Positions 27,614 through 35,371 of a DNA stretch of 37,506 bases are shown in pieces. Position 1 is the first letter of the stretch, and each line of letters begins with the position of its first letter. Source of the stretch: a virus (lineage: Duplodnaviria > Caudoviricetes); the IMG/VR virus record IMGVR_UViG_3300020403_000034, positions 1 to 37,506 of that record; one strand, given 5' to 3'. Below the pieces are notes generated by a model. The model had not been told where the DNA came from. It saw only the letters and a list, made by a program, of their open reading frames with translations, and did not search any database. The position numbers and the translations under genes are program-made.

Positions 27614-27891
27614 CTTTGTAAATCCTCTTCCATATTCGCCTTAAAAAGCCTAGATAATTCTTTTGTGGAAACAGTTCGAAGTCCTTTCCGATTGCATTCC
27701 AGTCCCATTCTGGGATCTCTTTTTTCTCTGGCTTTTTCAAAACAGTCAGTCCTTAATTCTCCATTCGTGTAGTCTAATTCGTAGCAAAGAAGTTTTCCGT
27801 TACCATTGAAAACCCATCCACCGAGATGGCTGTAATGTCTACGATCACAAACAAAACATTTGCCAACAGAAACAGCTTTTTTTCTTGGCAC
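27610..27891 (-). CDS. Hypothetical Cys-containing (possibly Zn-binding) protein
   Basis: GTG start overlapping the upstream stop; CFVC...C...C pattern. Confidence 0.6.
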   Translation of the reverse strand: MPRKKAVSVGKCFVCDRRHYSHLGGWVFNGNGKLLCYELDYTNGELRTDCFEKAREKRDPRMGLECNRKGLRTVSTKELSRLFKANMEEDLQR

Positions 27892-28121
27892 TAATGGTCA
27901 GCCCAGATCTTCACCAAAGATACACCGACATCCATCCAGTCAGCCTTCTTCCAGCCAACACCCGTTACTTTATTTGGTCTGATGCCAAGACCTTCCATGG
28001 CTTCTTGTACTGATACATCTTGATCCATCCAAAACTTTAGTTGTTCTGCTGTAATCATAAATATTTCGTCTGCTCTTCTTGGCTTGTTGTCTATCATTCT
28101 AATTTTTGGTTCTGTTTGCAT
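27891..28121 (-). CDS. Hypothetical protein (76 aa)
   Basis: Start moved to MQTEPK (ATG 28121) with GGAGG RBS. Confidence 0.55.
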   Translation of the reverse strand: MQTEPKIRMIDNKPRRADEIFMITAEQLKFWMDQDVSVQEAMEGLGIRPNKVTGVGWKKADWMDVGVSLVKIWADH

Positions 28122-28380
28122 GAAAATCCTCCGCCTTCTTTTTTGTTTTTGTTCCCTCAAACCAATCATAAAAATCCTTGCTCGTTACTTCGCCAAGTGT
28201 AGCTGTCTGAACATTGATGATGTTTTCTGGTGAGGGAAAGTTAAAGTTCTTGTCATGAGCATCAAGAGTCCATCGTCTTATAATGGATCCATCGCTAATG
28301 CCAAACCTATGCGCAAGCTCCTTCCAGGTAATTTGCTTTTCACCTTTTGCTTGTGACTTTTTCCAATCGATCAAATACAT
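28099..28380 (-). CDS. Cro-like HTH transcriptional regulator
   Basis: ITWKELAHRFGISDGSIIRRW HTH, FPSPENI..V...TLGEVT..DF; divergent from the cI-like gene; start at MYLIDWKK with AAGGA RBS. Confidence 0.75.
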   Translation of the reverse strand: MYLIDWKKSQAKGEKQITWKELAHRFGISDGSIIRRWTLDAHDKNFNFPSPENIINVQTATLGEVTSKDFYDWFEGTKTKKKAEDFHANRTKN

Positions 28381-28490
28381 TTCGAATCCTTTTTTGCGTA
28401 CCTTCAAGTGCTTCTAATTATTAATAAGCACAATCAAATACATATCGTTTATTTACTTATCTATTTTTGGGATTTCGAAAACTAATTCGT

Positions 28491-28534
28491 TTGACTTATA
28501 AAACCAATTATATATATTTTTGAAGGTAGGTCAA
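28491..28534 (-). promoter_or_regulatory. Sigma70 promoter for the cro-like operon with an overlapping operator-like box
   Basis: Minus strand TTGACC (28529-28534), 16 nt, TATAAT (28507-28512), then TTGGTTTTATAAGTCAA (28491-28507). A possible opposite promoter TTGACT-16-TATATT overlaps it on the plus strand. Confidence 0.65.
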
Positions 28535-28562
28535 TGATAATGAAACTTGAGGAGGTTTTAAA

Positions 28563-29570
28563 ATGGTTAGCAAGAAAAATGATCCTAAAGATATTCCTTT
28601 ATGGAATAATGTTCCCTATGGAAAAAAATTAGGTAATAATCTAAAAACTACAAGTGACGATATTGAACAGCAAGTTAAAGCTATTGGTAAATTTAATTAT
28701 AATGTTCCAATATCAGAAGGTCATCTTGGTATGAACAACAGAGGTAATGTTATAAGCATGGCAACACCTGAAGAATATAGTAACAAGCTTGATGAGGTTA
28801 TACGAAAATATAATCTTAGAAATGATGTTATTGCTAAAGGCTTAAAAACTAAAACGGAAACTGTGTCAAAACACAGGCATGGTAAAAGTCCTATTACATG
28901 GGAGATGGCACAAAAATATCAAACTTACTTTATTAAACATCATAACATTATGGTGGATTCTTTTTTATTGCTGACAGCCAGACAAGATGATTCTGATTTA
29001 TGTAGCCCTACATTACAACCTGGAAAGATTGAGATTGTTGGACAGTATTTACAGGATCAATATACTGTGGAATTATTTCCTTCAGATCAAAAAAAGATTT
29101 ATTTACAGTCAAGTATGTATAATCATTTTACCTTTAAATCTGCTCAACATTGGGGACTTGTTGGATTTATTTATGTCAATAAAAACAATGATTCAAAAGC
29201 ATTTACAGGCGATTTAGAAACATTTTTTGTAGAAGATTATCACTATTGGGTTTGTTTAAAATCACCTCTAATGAGAAACTATGTACATAAATCATGCCTT
29301 GGTAATTTTACAATTTGTAAGGTTAAAGACACTGGTGATATTGTTGTTGGTCATTTATATGAAAGACCGAAAAGGACCAGACAAGCACCTCAAACTTATG
29401 AAATTATAGATCCATTATTTTCTGTTGATGGTGGTTTTGTAAATCCAAAAATAGATTTTAGTTCTGTAGAATTAGAATGGGCTACTCCCATCTTATCTGC
29501 CTTAGTTAATGCATCAGCATCAGGGCTAGGAATTATCGAAGAAGAAGATGATGTGAGGATGTTTGATTAA
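28563..29570 (+). CDS. CI-like repressor candidate (XRE-type HTH plus large C-terminal domain)
   Basis: Strong RBS GAGGAGG; HTH-like LRNDVIAKGLKTKTETVSKHRHGKSPITWEMAQKY; divergent from cro-like gene and followed by a terminator. Confidence 0.6.
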   Translation: MVSKKNDPKDIPLWNNVPYGKKLGNNLKTTSDDIEQQVKAIGKFNYNVPISEGHLGMNNRGNVISMATPEEYSNKLDEVIRKYNLRNDVIAKGLKTKTETVSKHRHGKSPITWEMAQKYQTYFIKHHNIMVDSFLLLTARQDDSDLCSPTLQPGKIEIVGQYLQDQYTVELFPSDQKKIYLQSSMYNHFTFKSAQHWGLVGFIYVNKNNDSKAFTGDLETFFVEDYHYWVCLKSPLMRNYVHKSCLGNFTICKVKDTGDIVVGHLYERPKRTRQAPQTYEIIDPLFSVDGGFVNPKIDFSSVELEWATPILSALVNASASGLGIIEEEDDVRMFD

Positions 29571-29605
29571 TCCACAATGTAAATTCGATGTAAAATTTTA
29601 AAATT

Positions 29606-29632
29606 AAGGAGCATTTTTGCTCCTTTTTTTTT
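29606..29632 (+). terminator. Rho-independent terminator after the cI-like gene
   Basis: AAGGAGCA-TTTT-TGCTCCTT followed by a long T run. Confidence 0.85.
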
Positions 29633-29655
29633 AATTTTTTTTTCAACATTTAGTG

Positions 29656-29664
29656 TTATCCACA
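29656..29664 (+). promoter_or_regulatory. Perfect DnaA box TTATCCACA
   Basis: Exact consensus in an AT-rich intergenic region; near-matches at 29568-29576 and 29721-29729. Confidence 0.5.
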
Positions 29665-29755
29665 TACTTATAAACACAATTAATGTCTTCTGGAGACATT
29701 TATAAAGATTCATGAAATTATGTGGTTGACTTGTCAGGTCTTCTGAATAAATATT

Positions 29756-30757
29756 TTGATCATGGAAACATCGTCAAACATAACCACCAAAGATTCTTTT
29801 TCAAGCATACCTGATTGGGCTAGTAAACATTATTTTAAATGGCACAGTAATCCAGCTAGTAAACATTTTAGTAAAACAGTTTTTGATAAGTCTTTTATAA
29901 GACCTCAAACTGACAAAGCTTGGAAGATTTTAAAAGAGTCAAAAATAGATGAACAAAAAACACGAAAAGAAGCATCAGATATTATAAATAAATATTCTTA
30001 TGACTCAGCTCCTATGTGTCTCGGTAGAACAGTTCAAACCATCTGCGATGCTCGTCTTCTCCCCAAAGACGAGTTACTGAGAATCTATGACACAAGTGAT
30101 AGAGAGGAGATTGAGTTAAAAGCTCGTCAAGATATGGACACATATGTACCTTTTAAATATGCAAAAGATGATGAGCTAAAAGCAAAAGCTTGCTTTGAAG
30201 CCTTAGATGATACTGTAGATAATGCTATGGAGGGTTTAGAGCAAGCTTTTCAATTGTTAGGATTAAATCAATGGGAAGGTGAAACAGATGTATTTATGGA
30301 GCTTCATGGGATTGAGCTTCCTTATTACTTCAAGCCTGACTTTTGTAACCTGATTGAGCTAAAAATCCGTTCACCTCGTCTGAATCCTCCACGGAAAGAT
30401 GGTTCTCGTACCTGGTCTAAAGGTAATATTCCGAAAACACCTTATGGCGGATGGCTTAATCAGGTTAGTGTTTACAATTCATATTTTGGTAGACAGCCAG
30501 TTATTGTTTGCGCCAACAATGTGGAAAGTAAAGTTTATCACCCACAGAATGGTGATTGGATGTTAGAGCAAGATCACCTCAACAACACAATGCAGAACAT
30601 TGTTCAGGATCTAAAAAGACACGAACATATTTTAAGAAAAAGTGAAAACCTCGAAGAGTTGGTCCAGATGGTTATACCTGATTGGGATCACATCTCATGG
30701 AGCAGTATGAATCCAGAGGTCCTTGATGAAGCAAAATTATTATTTGGAGTTATTTAA
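29756..30757 (+). CDS. PD-(D/E)XK exonuclease-like recombination protein
   Basis: MCLGRTVQ motif I, E...KPDF..LIELK catalytic motif, QVSVY; directly upstream of ERF. Confidence 0.75.
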   Translation: MIMETSSNITTKDSFSSIPDWASKHYFKWHSNPASKHFSKTVFDKSFIRPQTDKAWKILKESKIDEQKTRKEASDIINKYSYDSAPMCLGRTVQTICDARLLPKDELLRIYDTSDREEIELKARQDMDTYVPFKYAKDDELKAKACFEALDDTVDNAMEGLEQAFQLLGLNQWEGETDVFMELHGIELPYYFKPDFCNLIELKIRSPRLNPPRKDGSRTWSKGNIPKTPYGGWLNQVSVYNSYFGRQPVIVCANNVESKVYHPQNGDWMLEQDHLNNTMQNIVQDLKRHEHILRKSENLEELVQMVIPDWDHISWSSMNPEVLDEAKLLFGVI

Positions 30758-31419
30758 TGAATGCAGATCTAAATTTACCTATTGTTAAAGTTGAAACCGA
30801 TACTGCTCCTGACATGATCAGTACAGTAGAAAAAATAGATCCTGATCTAGCTTCATCTCTTGTTAAATTTCAAAGCAAGATGAGATTAATTGAAAAAGAC
30901 GGCAAATCTCATAACAATACATACACTACTTATGACAAGCTTATAGAAGCCTTTAGAGAGCATGGACCAGAATGTGGTCTTACTCCATACATAATGCTTA
31001 GAGGTAACTTTATACAAGCTCATATGATCCATGAAAATGGATCTTTAAGTCCAGCATCTATTGTTGAGATGCCAGAGGAACATAGTCTTCGATCTGGCAA
31101 CAATCTACAAGGTTTGGGATCTGATATTACTTATCTTAAAAGATACATTTTATCAGCCATGTTAAATCTTGCGACTGGTGATGATACGGATGGCAATCCA
31201 CCTGAAAAAGAAATTCCAATTAAAGATCAAGATCCAAAATCAATGGAAGCTAATTTGATTGATGACATTATAAAAACAAAAAGTTTGCCAGCTCTTATGT
31301 CATGGAAAATTGACAATGCAGATCCATTAAAATTTTTAAAAGAAAAAAACAAGGAAGCCTATGATCGCATCCTTGAACACTACAACAAACAAGAAACTAA
31401 ATTTAAGGAGAAGAAATAA
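30757..31419 (+). CDS. erf: ERF-family single-strand annealing protein
   Basis: QGLGSDITYLKRYILSAMLNLATGDDTDG is the ERF signature. Confidence 0.9.
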   Translation: MNADLNLPIVKVETDTAPDMISTVEKIDPDLASSLVKFQSKMRLIEKDGKSHNNTYTTYDKLIEAFREHGPECGLTPYIMLRGNFIQAHMIHENGSLSPASIVEMPEEHSLRSGNNLQGLGSDITYLKRYILSAMLNLATGDDTDGNPPEKEIPIKDQDPKSMEANLIDDIIKTKSLPALMSWKIDNADPLKFLKEKNKEAYDRILEHYNKQETKFKEKK

Positions 31420-31706
31420 TGGGAAGACCTCATCTCGGAAATTCAAGGGTTACTGTTAAACAAGACATACAAAAAAATTGGGATCCAGTTAATCAAACTA
31501 ATATTGGATCTAAAGATATAAAAGCATCGGCATGGATTAATACTGGCAAGGAAGGTCCAAACGAAGAAGAACAACAAATGATAGATTTGTTTACTAAATG
31601 GCTATCGCAAAAAAAATACACTGTTGGTGTACAGATCCAAGAAAAGACTGGGGACAATTACAACACATTGTTAAGTGTAAATTTATTTGGGAATTGGGAG
31701 GAGTAG
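31419..31706 (+). CDS. Hypothetical protein, possibly ssDNA-binding
   Basis: 95 aa, coupled to erf (TAATG); function inferred from position only. Confidence 0.55.
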   Translation: MGRPHLGNSRVTVKQDIQKNWDPVNQTNIGSKDIKASAWINTGKEGPNEEEQQMIDLFTKWLSQKKYTVGVQIQEKTGDNYNTLLSVNLFGNWEE

Positions 31707-32012
31707 ATGAAGGATGACAAAAAAAACAGCATCTTGGTCAACACTAAAAAAGCTTCAGAAATTTTATGGGGAAGTGACTCAAGGTCAGCCCAAAGAAGGA
31801 CAACAAGGCTTGTCAAAAAAGGAATCCTCCAACACATCCGAGATGGAAAACTCTACTGGTTCAATAGAAATACCCTTGAACGAATTGCTGGTGATTCCAA
31901 CAGAGAACAAAATCACAGTAGTGATACAGGGGAAAGTTTATTTTGCGAGAGTAAGCAAGCAAGTAATGATTCGAAAAGCCCAGGAGTTTTTAACGAGAGG
32001 AATACTCAGTAA
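31707..32012 (+). CDS. Excisionase-like winged-HTH protein
   Basis: LVNTKKASEILWG...TTRLVKKGILQHIRDGKLYWFNRNTLER matches the MerR/Xis-type pattern; RBS GGAGGAG. Confidence 0.65.
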   Translation: MKDDKKNSILVNTKKASEILWGSDSRSAQRRTTRLVKKGILQHIRDGKLYWFNRNTLERIAGDSNREQNHSSDTGESLFCESKQASNDSKSPGVFNERNTQ

Positions 32013-32034
32013 CGACTACGCAAGAAGAGATTAA
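31843..32034 (+). CDS. Probable overlapping 63-aa protein in the +1 frame
   Basis: MENSTGSIEIPLNELLVIPTENKITVVIQGKVYFARVSKQVMIRKAQEFL...; protein-like; its stop abuts the next ATG. Confidence 0.45.
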   Translation: MENSTGSIEIPLNELLVIPTENKITVVIQGKVYFARVSKQVMIRKAQEFLTRGILSNDYARRD

Positions 32035-32035
32035 A

Positions 32036-32173
32036 ATGGGAAAGAGATTAATAGAGGGTAAGGAAAAATCTAAAGGCAAAAAGTACAGCCATAGACCGCA
32101 GAGGTTTATGGACCAATGGTACTGCAAAGAAACAAGAACATGGTTAAGAGGTCCAGCTCCAGATGACAGTTGA
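32036..32173 (+). CDS. Unannotated 45-aa protein
   Basis: MGKRLIEGKEKSKGKKYSHRPQRFMDQWYCKETRTWLRGPAPDDS; fills the gap between flanking ORFs. Confidence 0.55.
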   Translation: MGKRLIEGKEKSKGKKYSHRPQRFMDQWYCKETRTWLRGPAPDDS

Positions 32174-32357
32174 TAAGGGTATGATTTTGTATAATGCTTG
32201 TAGGGATCTTAATCACATCTGTAATGATGTATATCCATATGCACATGAAGATCACACAGTTAACGATAAGATACTAAAAGAGATGTATTCAGATCTCAGG
32301 GATCTTCAACAAAAATATTTACAGGAAGTTAGAAAACAAAGAGCTGAACATGGATGA
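32163..32357 (+). CDS. Hypothetical protein (64 aa)
   Basis: ORF with GAGG RBS in a tightly packed operon. Confidence 0.6.
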   Translation: MTVDKGMILYNACRDLNHICNDVYPYAHEDHTVNDKILKEMYSDLRDLQQKYLQEVRKQRAEHG

Positions 32358-32439
32358 ATTTGATTTTTATCTACGAGTAATCATGGTTACTATACTCGGA
32401 TATGCTTTTATCGTTAAATTACTCTTTAGTTTAGTATAA
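32350..32439 (+). CDS. Unannotated 29-aa membrane peptide
   Basis: MDEFDFYLRVIMVTILGYAFIVKLLFSLV; overlaps the previous stop; single TM helix. Confidence 0.45.
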   Translation: MDEFDFYLRVIMVTILGYAFIVKLLFSLV

Positions 32440-32522
32440 AAAACTGTCGGCATTGCTCAAAGCCGTTTTAAAGCCCATACAGAGAAATCAGTAGTTTTGC
32501 ATTAAATCCTATTCAGTTGATT

Positions 32523-32723
32523 CTAATTTATCTTCTCAGGGCTTATATGAAGTTTTTTTTCTGCCAGATACATGTTTGTAATGTCATTTACAAACTCGCT
32601 AATATCAAAAGCCAAATTATTGTCTAAGAGGTACTGCAAAGCTTCAATATACTCTTCTTCTTCTTTACAAGGTATCAGTCCATGGACCTTCATTATAACT
32701 TTGTAAAGTTTTTCTTCGGTCAT
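32523..32723 (-). CDS. Hypothetical protein (66 aa)
   Basis: Coupled (TGATG) to the upstream ORF. Confidence 0.6.
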   Translation of the reverse strand: MTEEKLYKVIMKVHGLIPCKEEEEYIEALQYLLDNNLAFDISEFVNDITNMYLAEKKLHISPEKIN

Positions 32724-33022
32724 CAGTTCGTCTCTATGATCTTTTTCTTCGGTCTGTGTTCTTTGTCAGAATTTTCAGCAAGCATACTTACCTCAATGTC
32801 ATTAGCGATCATTCCCTGGATTAAACTTTCAGCCAGAACATCATCGACATTGTAGCCCATGTTAGTTCTGCCAGCGACATTCCTCTTCCAATAATCCCTA
32901 GCCCATTGATTGTTAGGATGGAATGTATATATTGGTCCGTGGCATACGACATAGAAATCTATCTCATATGCTGGTGGGATCTCTGGTGATATGTTTGACG
33001 ATGTTTCTTCCTTTGGTCCCAT
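32723..33022 (-). CDS. Hypothetical protein (~99 aa)
   Basis: Start preferred at MGPKEET (ATG 33022) with GGAG RBS; the track start at 33037 abuts the terminator. Confidence 0.6.
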   Translation of the reverse strand: MGPKEETSSNISPEIPPAYEIDFYVVCHGPIYTFHPNNQWARDYWKRNVAGRTNMGYNVDDVLAESLIQGMIANDIEVSMLAENSDKEHRPKKKIIETN

Positions 33023-33037
33023 CTTTTTTTGCTCCAT

Positions 33038-33061
33038 AAAAAAAGGGACCCGAAGGTCCCT
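33038..33061 (-). terminator. Rho-independent terminator after the integrase
   Basis: Minus strand AGGGACC-TTCG-GGTCCCT (cUUCGg tetraloop) plus T run. Confidence 0.9.
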
Positions 33062-33083
33062 CTCATTTAGTATTTAGTTAAGT

Positions 33084-34292
33084 TTATAAACTAGCCACCA
33101 TATCTAATGTGGCTTGGTCTTGGTAATCCCTTAAAGCAATCAAGTGAGCATAAACTCTTTCAGTAGTTGCTATCTCAGAATGTCCAAGCAACATTGAAAT
33201 CTTTTTCATGTTATCTTTTGATTCACCTTCAGTTAGGATCAGCTTACTTGCAACATAATGTCTTAGGCTGTGCCATGATAACGGAACAGCTCCACTTTTC
33301 TTAATTGAATGTTTAAGAATATAAGCAAGTGTATCGTAAGTAGCTGGTACACCTTCATAGTTATAAGTTGATGAAGAAGCACCACCATAAGCTCTAAATC
33401 TTTCACCATATCTTGTAGCGATTCTTTGATCGTTCTGGCTGTACTTAGTCTCCATCTTCCAAACTAATAATAATTTTTTAAGATCTGGATTTAAAGGAAT
33501 CTTTCTGCCAGAAACATAACTAGATTTTCTTAACTTATCAGCTTTAGTTCCCTCACCTTCAGATATGTTTTTATTAATAGTGATAAGGTTTTTTTCAAAA
33601 TCAACATCATCCCATGTAAGAGCAAGTTGCTCACCAGCTCTCATGCCAGTCTTAATAGCCATCAAAAACATCAGCTTTGAAAATGTATCATCATAAACAT
33701 TTTCAAAAATTAACTGGATGTTTTCTTCTGAGATACTTTCAACATTAAACTCTTTTGAGTCGTCATCAAATAATGTAGCAATCATTCTTGAAGTGTACGG
33801 AGCAGTAGTCATGTATCTGTCATTCATGCACCAAGAAATAAATTTCAACATCATTGCGTGATAATTTTGAATAGTCTTTCTAGTCTTACCTTCAGATTTA
33901 AAATCTCTATAAAACTTTGCGACATCACTTACAATAACATCATCAGCAATCTTCTTACCTAAAGAATGTTTTTTGATAAGCTTACCTAAATAAACAATCC
34001 TGTTGTATTGATCCCTTGCTACTTTATTTTCATTGTACCTAGGCTCAACATGGCTATGAATATAAATAGCAAAAACTTCATTTACAGTTTTTTTATTTGA
34101 TTTAGGAATAATCTTATTAGTAAGTTTATTTTTATAAATCTTGTCAGCTTCTTCTCTGGCAAGAGATCTGGTTTCAAAATATGTATCTTTATATTCAGCC
34201 TTTAAATCAACATCTTCAAAAAGGATGGTCCAAGCAGACCATCCCTTTTTTACTCTTGATTCTCTTTTAGTAATTTTATAAGGAGATCTCAT
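33084..34292 (-). CDS. int: Tyrosine integrase
   Basis: KTGMRAGEQLALTWDDVDF (R), HSLRH, LLGHS...TTERVYAH (Y); 402 aa. Confidence 0.95.
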   Translation of the reverse strand: MRSPYKITKRESRVKKGWSAWTILFEDVDLKAEYKDTYFETRSLAREEADKIYKNKLTNKIIPKSNKKTVNEVFAIYIHSHVEPRYNENKVARDQYNRIVYLGKLIKKHSLGKKIADDVIVSDVAKFYRDFKSEGKTRKTIQNYHAMMLKFISWCMNDRYMTTAPYTSRMIATLFDDDSKEFNVESISEENIQLIFENVYDDTFSKLMFLMAIKTGMRAGEQLALTWDDVDFEKNLITINKNISEGEGTKADKLRKSSYVSGRKIPLNPDLKKLLLVWKMETKYSQNDQRIATRYGERFRAYGGASSSTYNYEGVPATYDTLAYILKHSIKKSGAVPLSWHSLRHYVASKLILTEGESKDNMKKISMLLGHSEIATTERVYAHLIALRDYQDQATLDMVASL

Positions 34293-34636
34293 TAGTTAAT
34301 CTCCTTATTCTCAAAACAAACCTTGTTTAAATTTCTAACAATTGTGCCAAATCTTTTTCCAAAAGTTTTGTAAGGTTCTTCGTCAGTACCATTTACATCC
34401 ATGTCATAACGATTTTCACAATCTTTTATAAAGCGCTCTAAAAGATCTTGATCGACTTCCTGACCTTTTTTCATTTCGCTATTTAAAAACTTTTTATATC
34501 GCAGATCAAAGACCTCACCATTGTCAACATAATATGAAAAATTATATATCTCATTATCAACATAATCTTGCAATTGCTTGCTTAGATTTTTGTCTTTAAC
34601 ATTTATATTTAATTTAATTTTAAAAGGAGATGTCAT
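34292..34636 (-). CDS. Hypothetical protein (114 aa) coupled to the integrase
   Basis: Start moved to MTSPFKIK (ATG 34636, GAGGAGG RBS); TAATG overlap with int. Confidence 0.6.
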   Translation of the reverse strand: MTSPFKIKLNINVKDKNLSKQLQDYVDNEIYNFSYYVDNGEVFDLRYKKFLNSEMKKGQEVDQDLLERFIKDCENRYDMDVNGTDEEPYKTFGKRFGTIVRNLNKVCFENKEIN

Positions 34637-34862
34637 AGTAATCCTCCTCATTCTTTGGCATGAAAGTATTTCCATCCCATTCATTATCAAAGCCTAGTTT
34701 TTTTTGTATTCTTACGATTGCACCTTTTGAATTAACAAGCTTTCTTAAATTACTTAAATAATTCGGATCCTCAATTAATTTTTGTGTATTTAATCTGCCT
34801 ACGGCAAGAGCCATCCTTAAAGCTTCTAGTTCTTTATCGGTTAGTTTTAAAGTAGTCATCAT
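34620..34862 (-). CDS. Hypothetical protein (80 aa), first gene of the integrase operon
   Basis: Start moved to MMTTLKLTDKEL (ATG 34862 or 34859, GAGGAGG RBS). The longer track ORF runs through the promoter. Confidence 0.65.
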   Translation of the reverse strand: MMTTLKLTDKELEALRMALAVGRLNTQKLIEDPNYLSNLRKLVNSKGAIVRIQKKLGFDNEWDGNTFMPKNEEDYYDISF

Positions 34863-34886
34863 GTCCTCCTCTGTTAATTGATATGT

Positions 34887-34930
34887 TTGACTTATAAGGT
34901 CAATATAATCATCAAAATCATACCTGTCAA
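34887..34930 (-). promoter_or_regulatory. Near-consensus sigma70 promoter with palindromic operator
   Basis: TTGACA (34925-34930), 17 nt, TATATT (34902-34907), overlapping TTGACCTTATAAGTCAA (34887-34903). Confidence 0.8.
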
Positions 34931-34981
34931 GAGGGGAACCTTGCCGTGAGCATTTTTTTTTGGCAAAATGGCGGAAAATAT

Positions 34982-35174
34982 AGTGTTGCATATGGTGTTG
35001 CGGGCAGGAAAACAGCAGAAAACTGGTAGTCCCTAGGGGAATCGAACCCCTAAACTAATGTTTTGTAGTCTCATTTAGTGCAGAATACAAGCATTTAATG
35101 TTTTGTAGTAACAGCTAGTAACTCTTAGTAAAGTGTTGCAGATGGTGTTGTAGAAATGTTTTTTCGCAACACCA
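34982..35174. mobile_element. attP region with arm-type and accessory repeats
   Basis: AGTGTTGCA[T/G]ATGGTGTTG at 34982-35000 and 35132-35150, inverted CGCAACACCA at 35165-35174, TAATGTTTTGTAGT at 35056-35069 and 35096-35109, all around a tRNA fragment. Confidence 0.85.
35024..35051 (-). other. att core: 3' 28 nt of a tRNA (probably tRNA-Glu); not a full tRNA gene
   Basis: Minus strand AGGGG-TTCGATT-CCCCT-AGGGACT-A-CCA = T arm, acceptor 3' strand and CCA. The T arm resembles proteobacterial tRNA-Glu; no 5' half is present. Confidence 0.85.
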
Positions 35175-35179
35175 AATTT

Positions 35180-35371
35180 TTAATAGTTAGATTTCTTCTG
35201 TTTTTTTCTTGGCTGTGCAGATGTTCTAACTACACCTTTTGTCTTGCCACGATCAGCAATTCTTTGAGCTGGTGAATTAGATTTTGTTCCACTTGGTAAA
35301 GCAGATCCACCTACTCCAGCAGTCTGTCCTTGCTTCTTTCTTCGCTGTGCAGATCCTAATAATGTTGTCAC
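35180..35371 (-). CDS. Small basic protein (63 aa)
   Basis: GTG start overlapping the upstream TGA, AGGAG RBS; Lys/Arg/Gly-rich; begins MTTLLGS. Confidence 0.65.
   Translation of the reverse strand: MTTLLGSAQRRKKQGQTAGVGGSALPSGTKSNSPAQRIADRGKTKGVVRTSAQPRKKQKKSNY

Noticed and set aside
29756-30757. Cas4 as a CRISPR component
   Set aside because: PD-(D/E)XK motif next to ERF indicates a recombination exonuclease; no Fe-S cysteine cluster pattern or CRISPR context.
34863-34991. N-terminal 43 aa of the 123-aa track ORF
   Set aside because: Overlaps a near-consensus promoter, operator and att arm; the RBS sits before ATG 34862.
35024-35100. Complete tRNA gene
   Set aside because: Only the T arm, acceptor 3' strand and CCA are present; the upstream sequence cannot form anticodon or D arms.
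34982-35174. CRISPR mini-array
   Set aside because: Repeats are short (10-19 nt), irregularly spaced, partly inverted and flank an att core; no cas genes.
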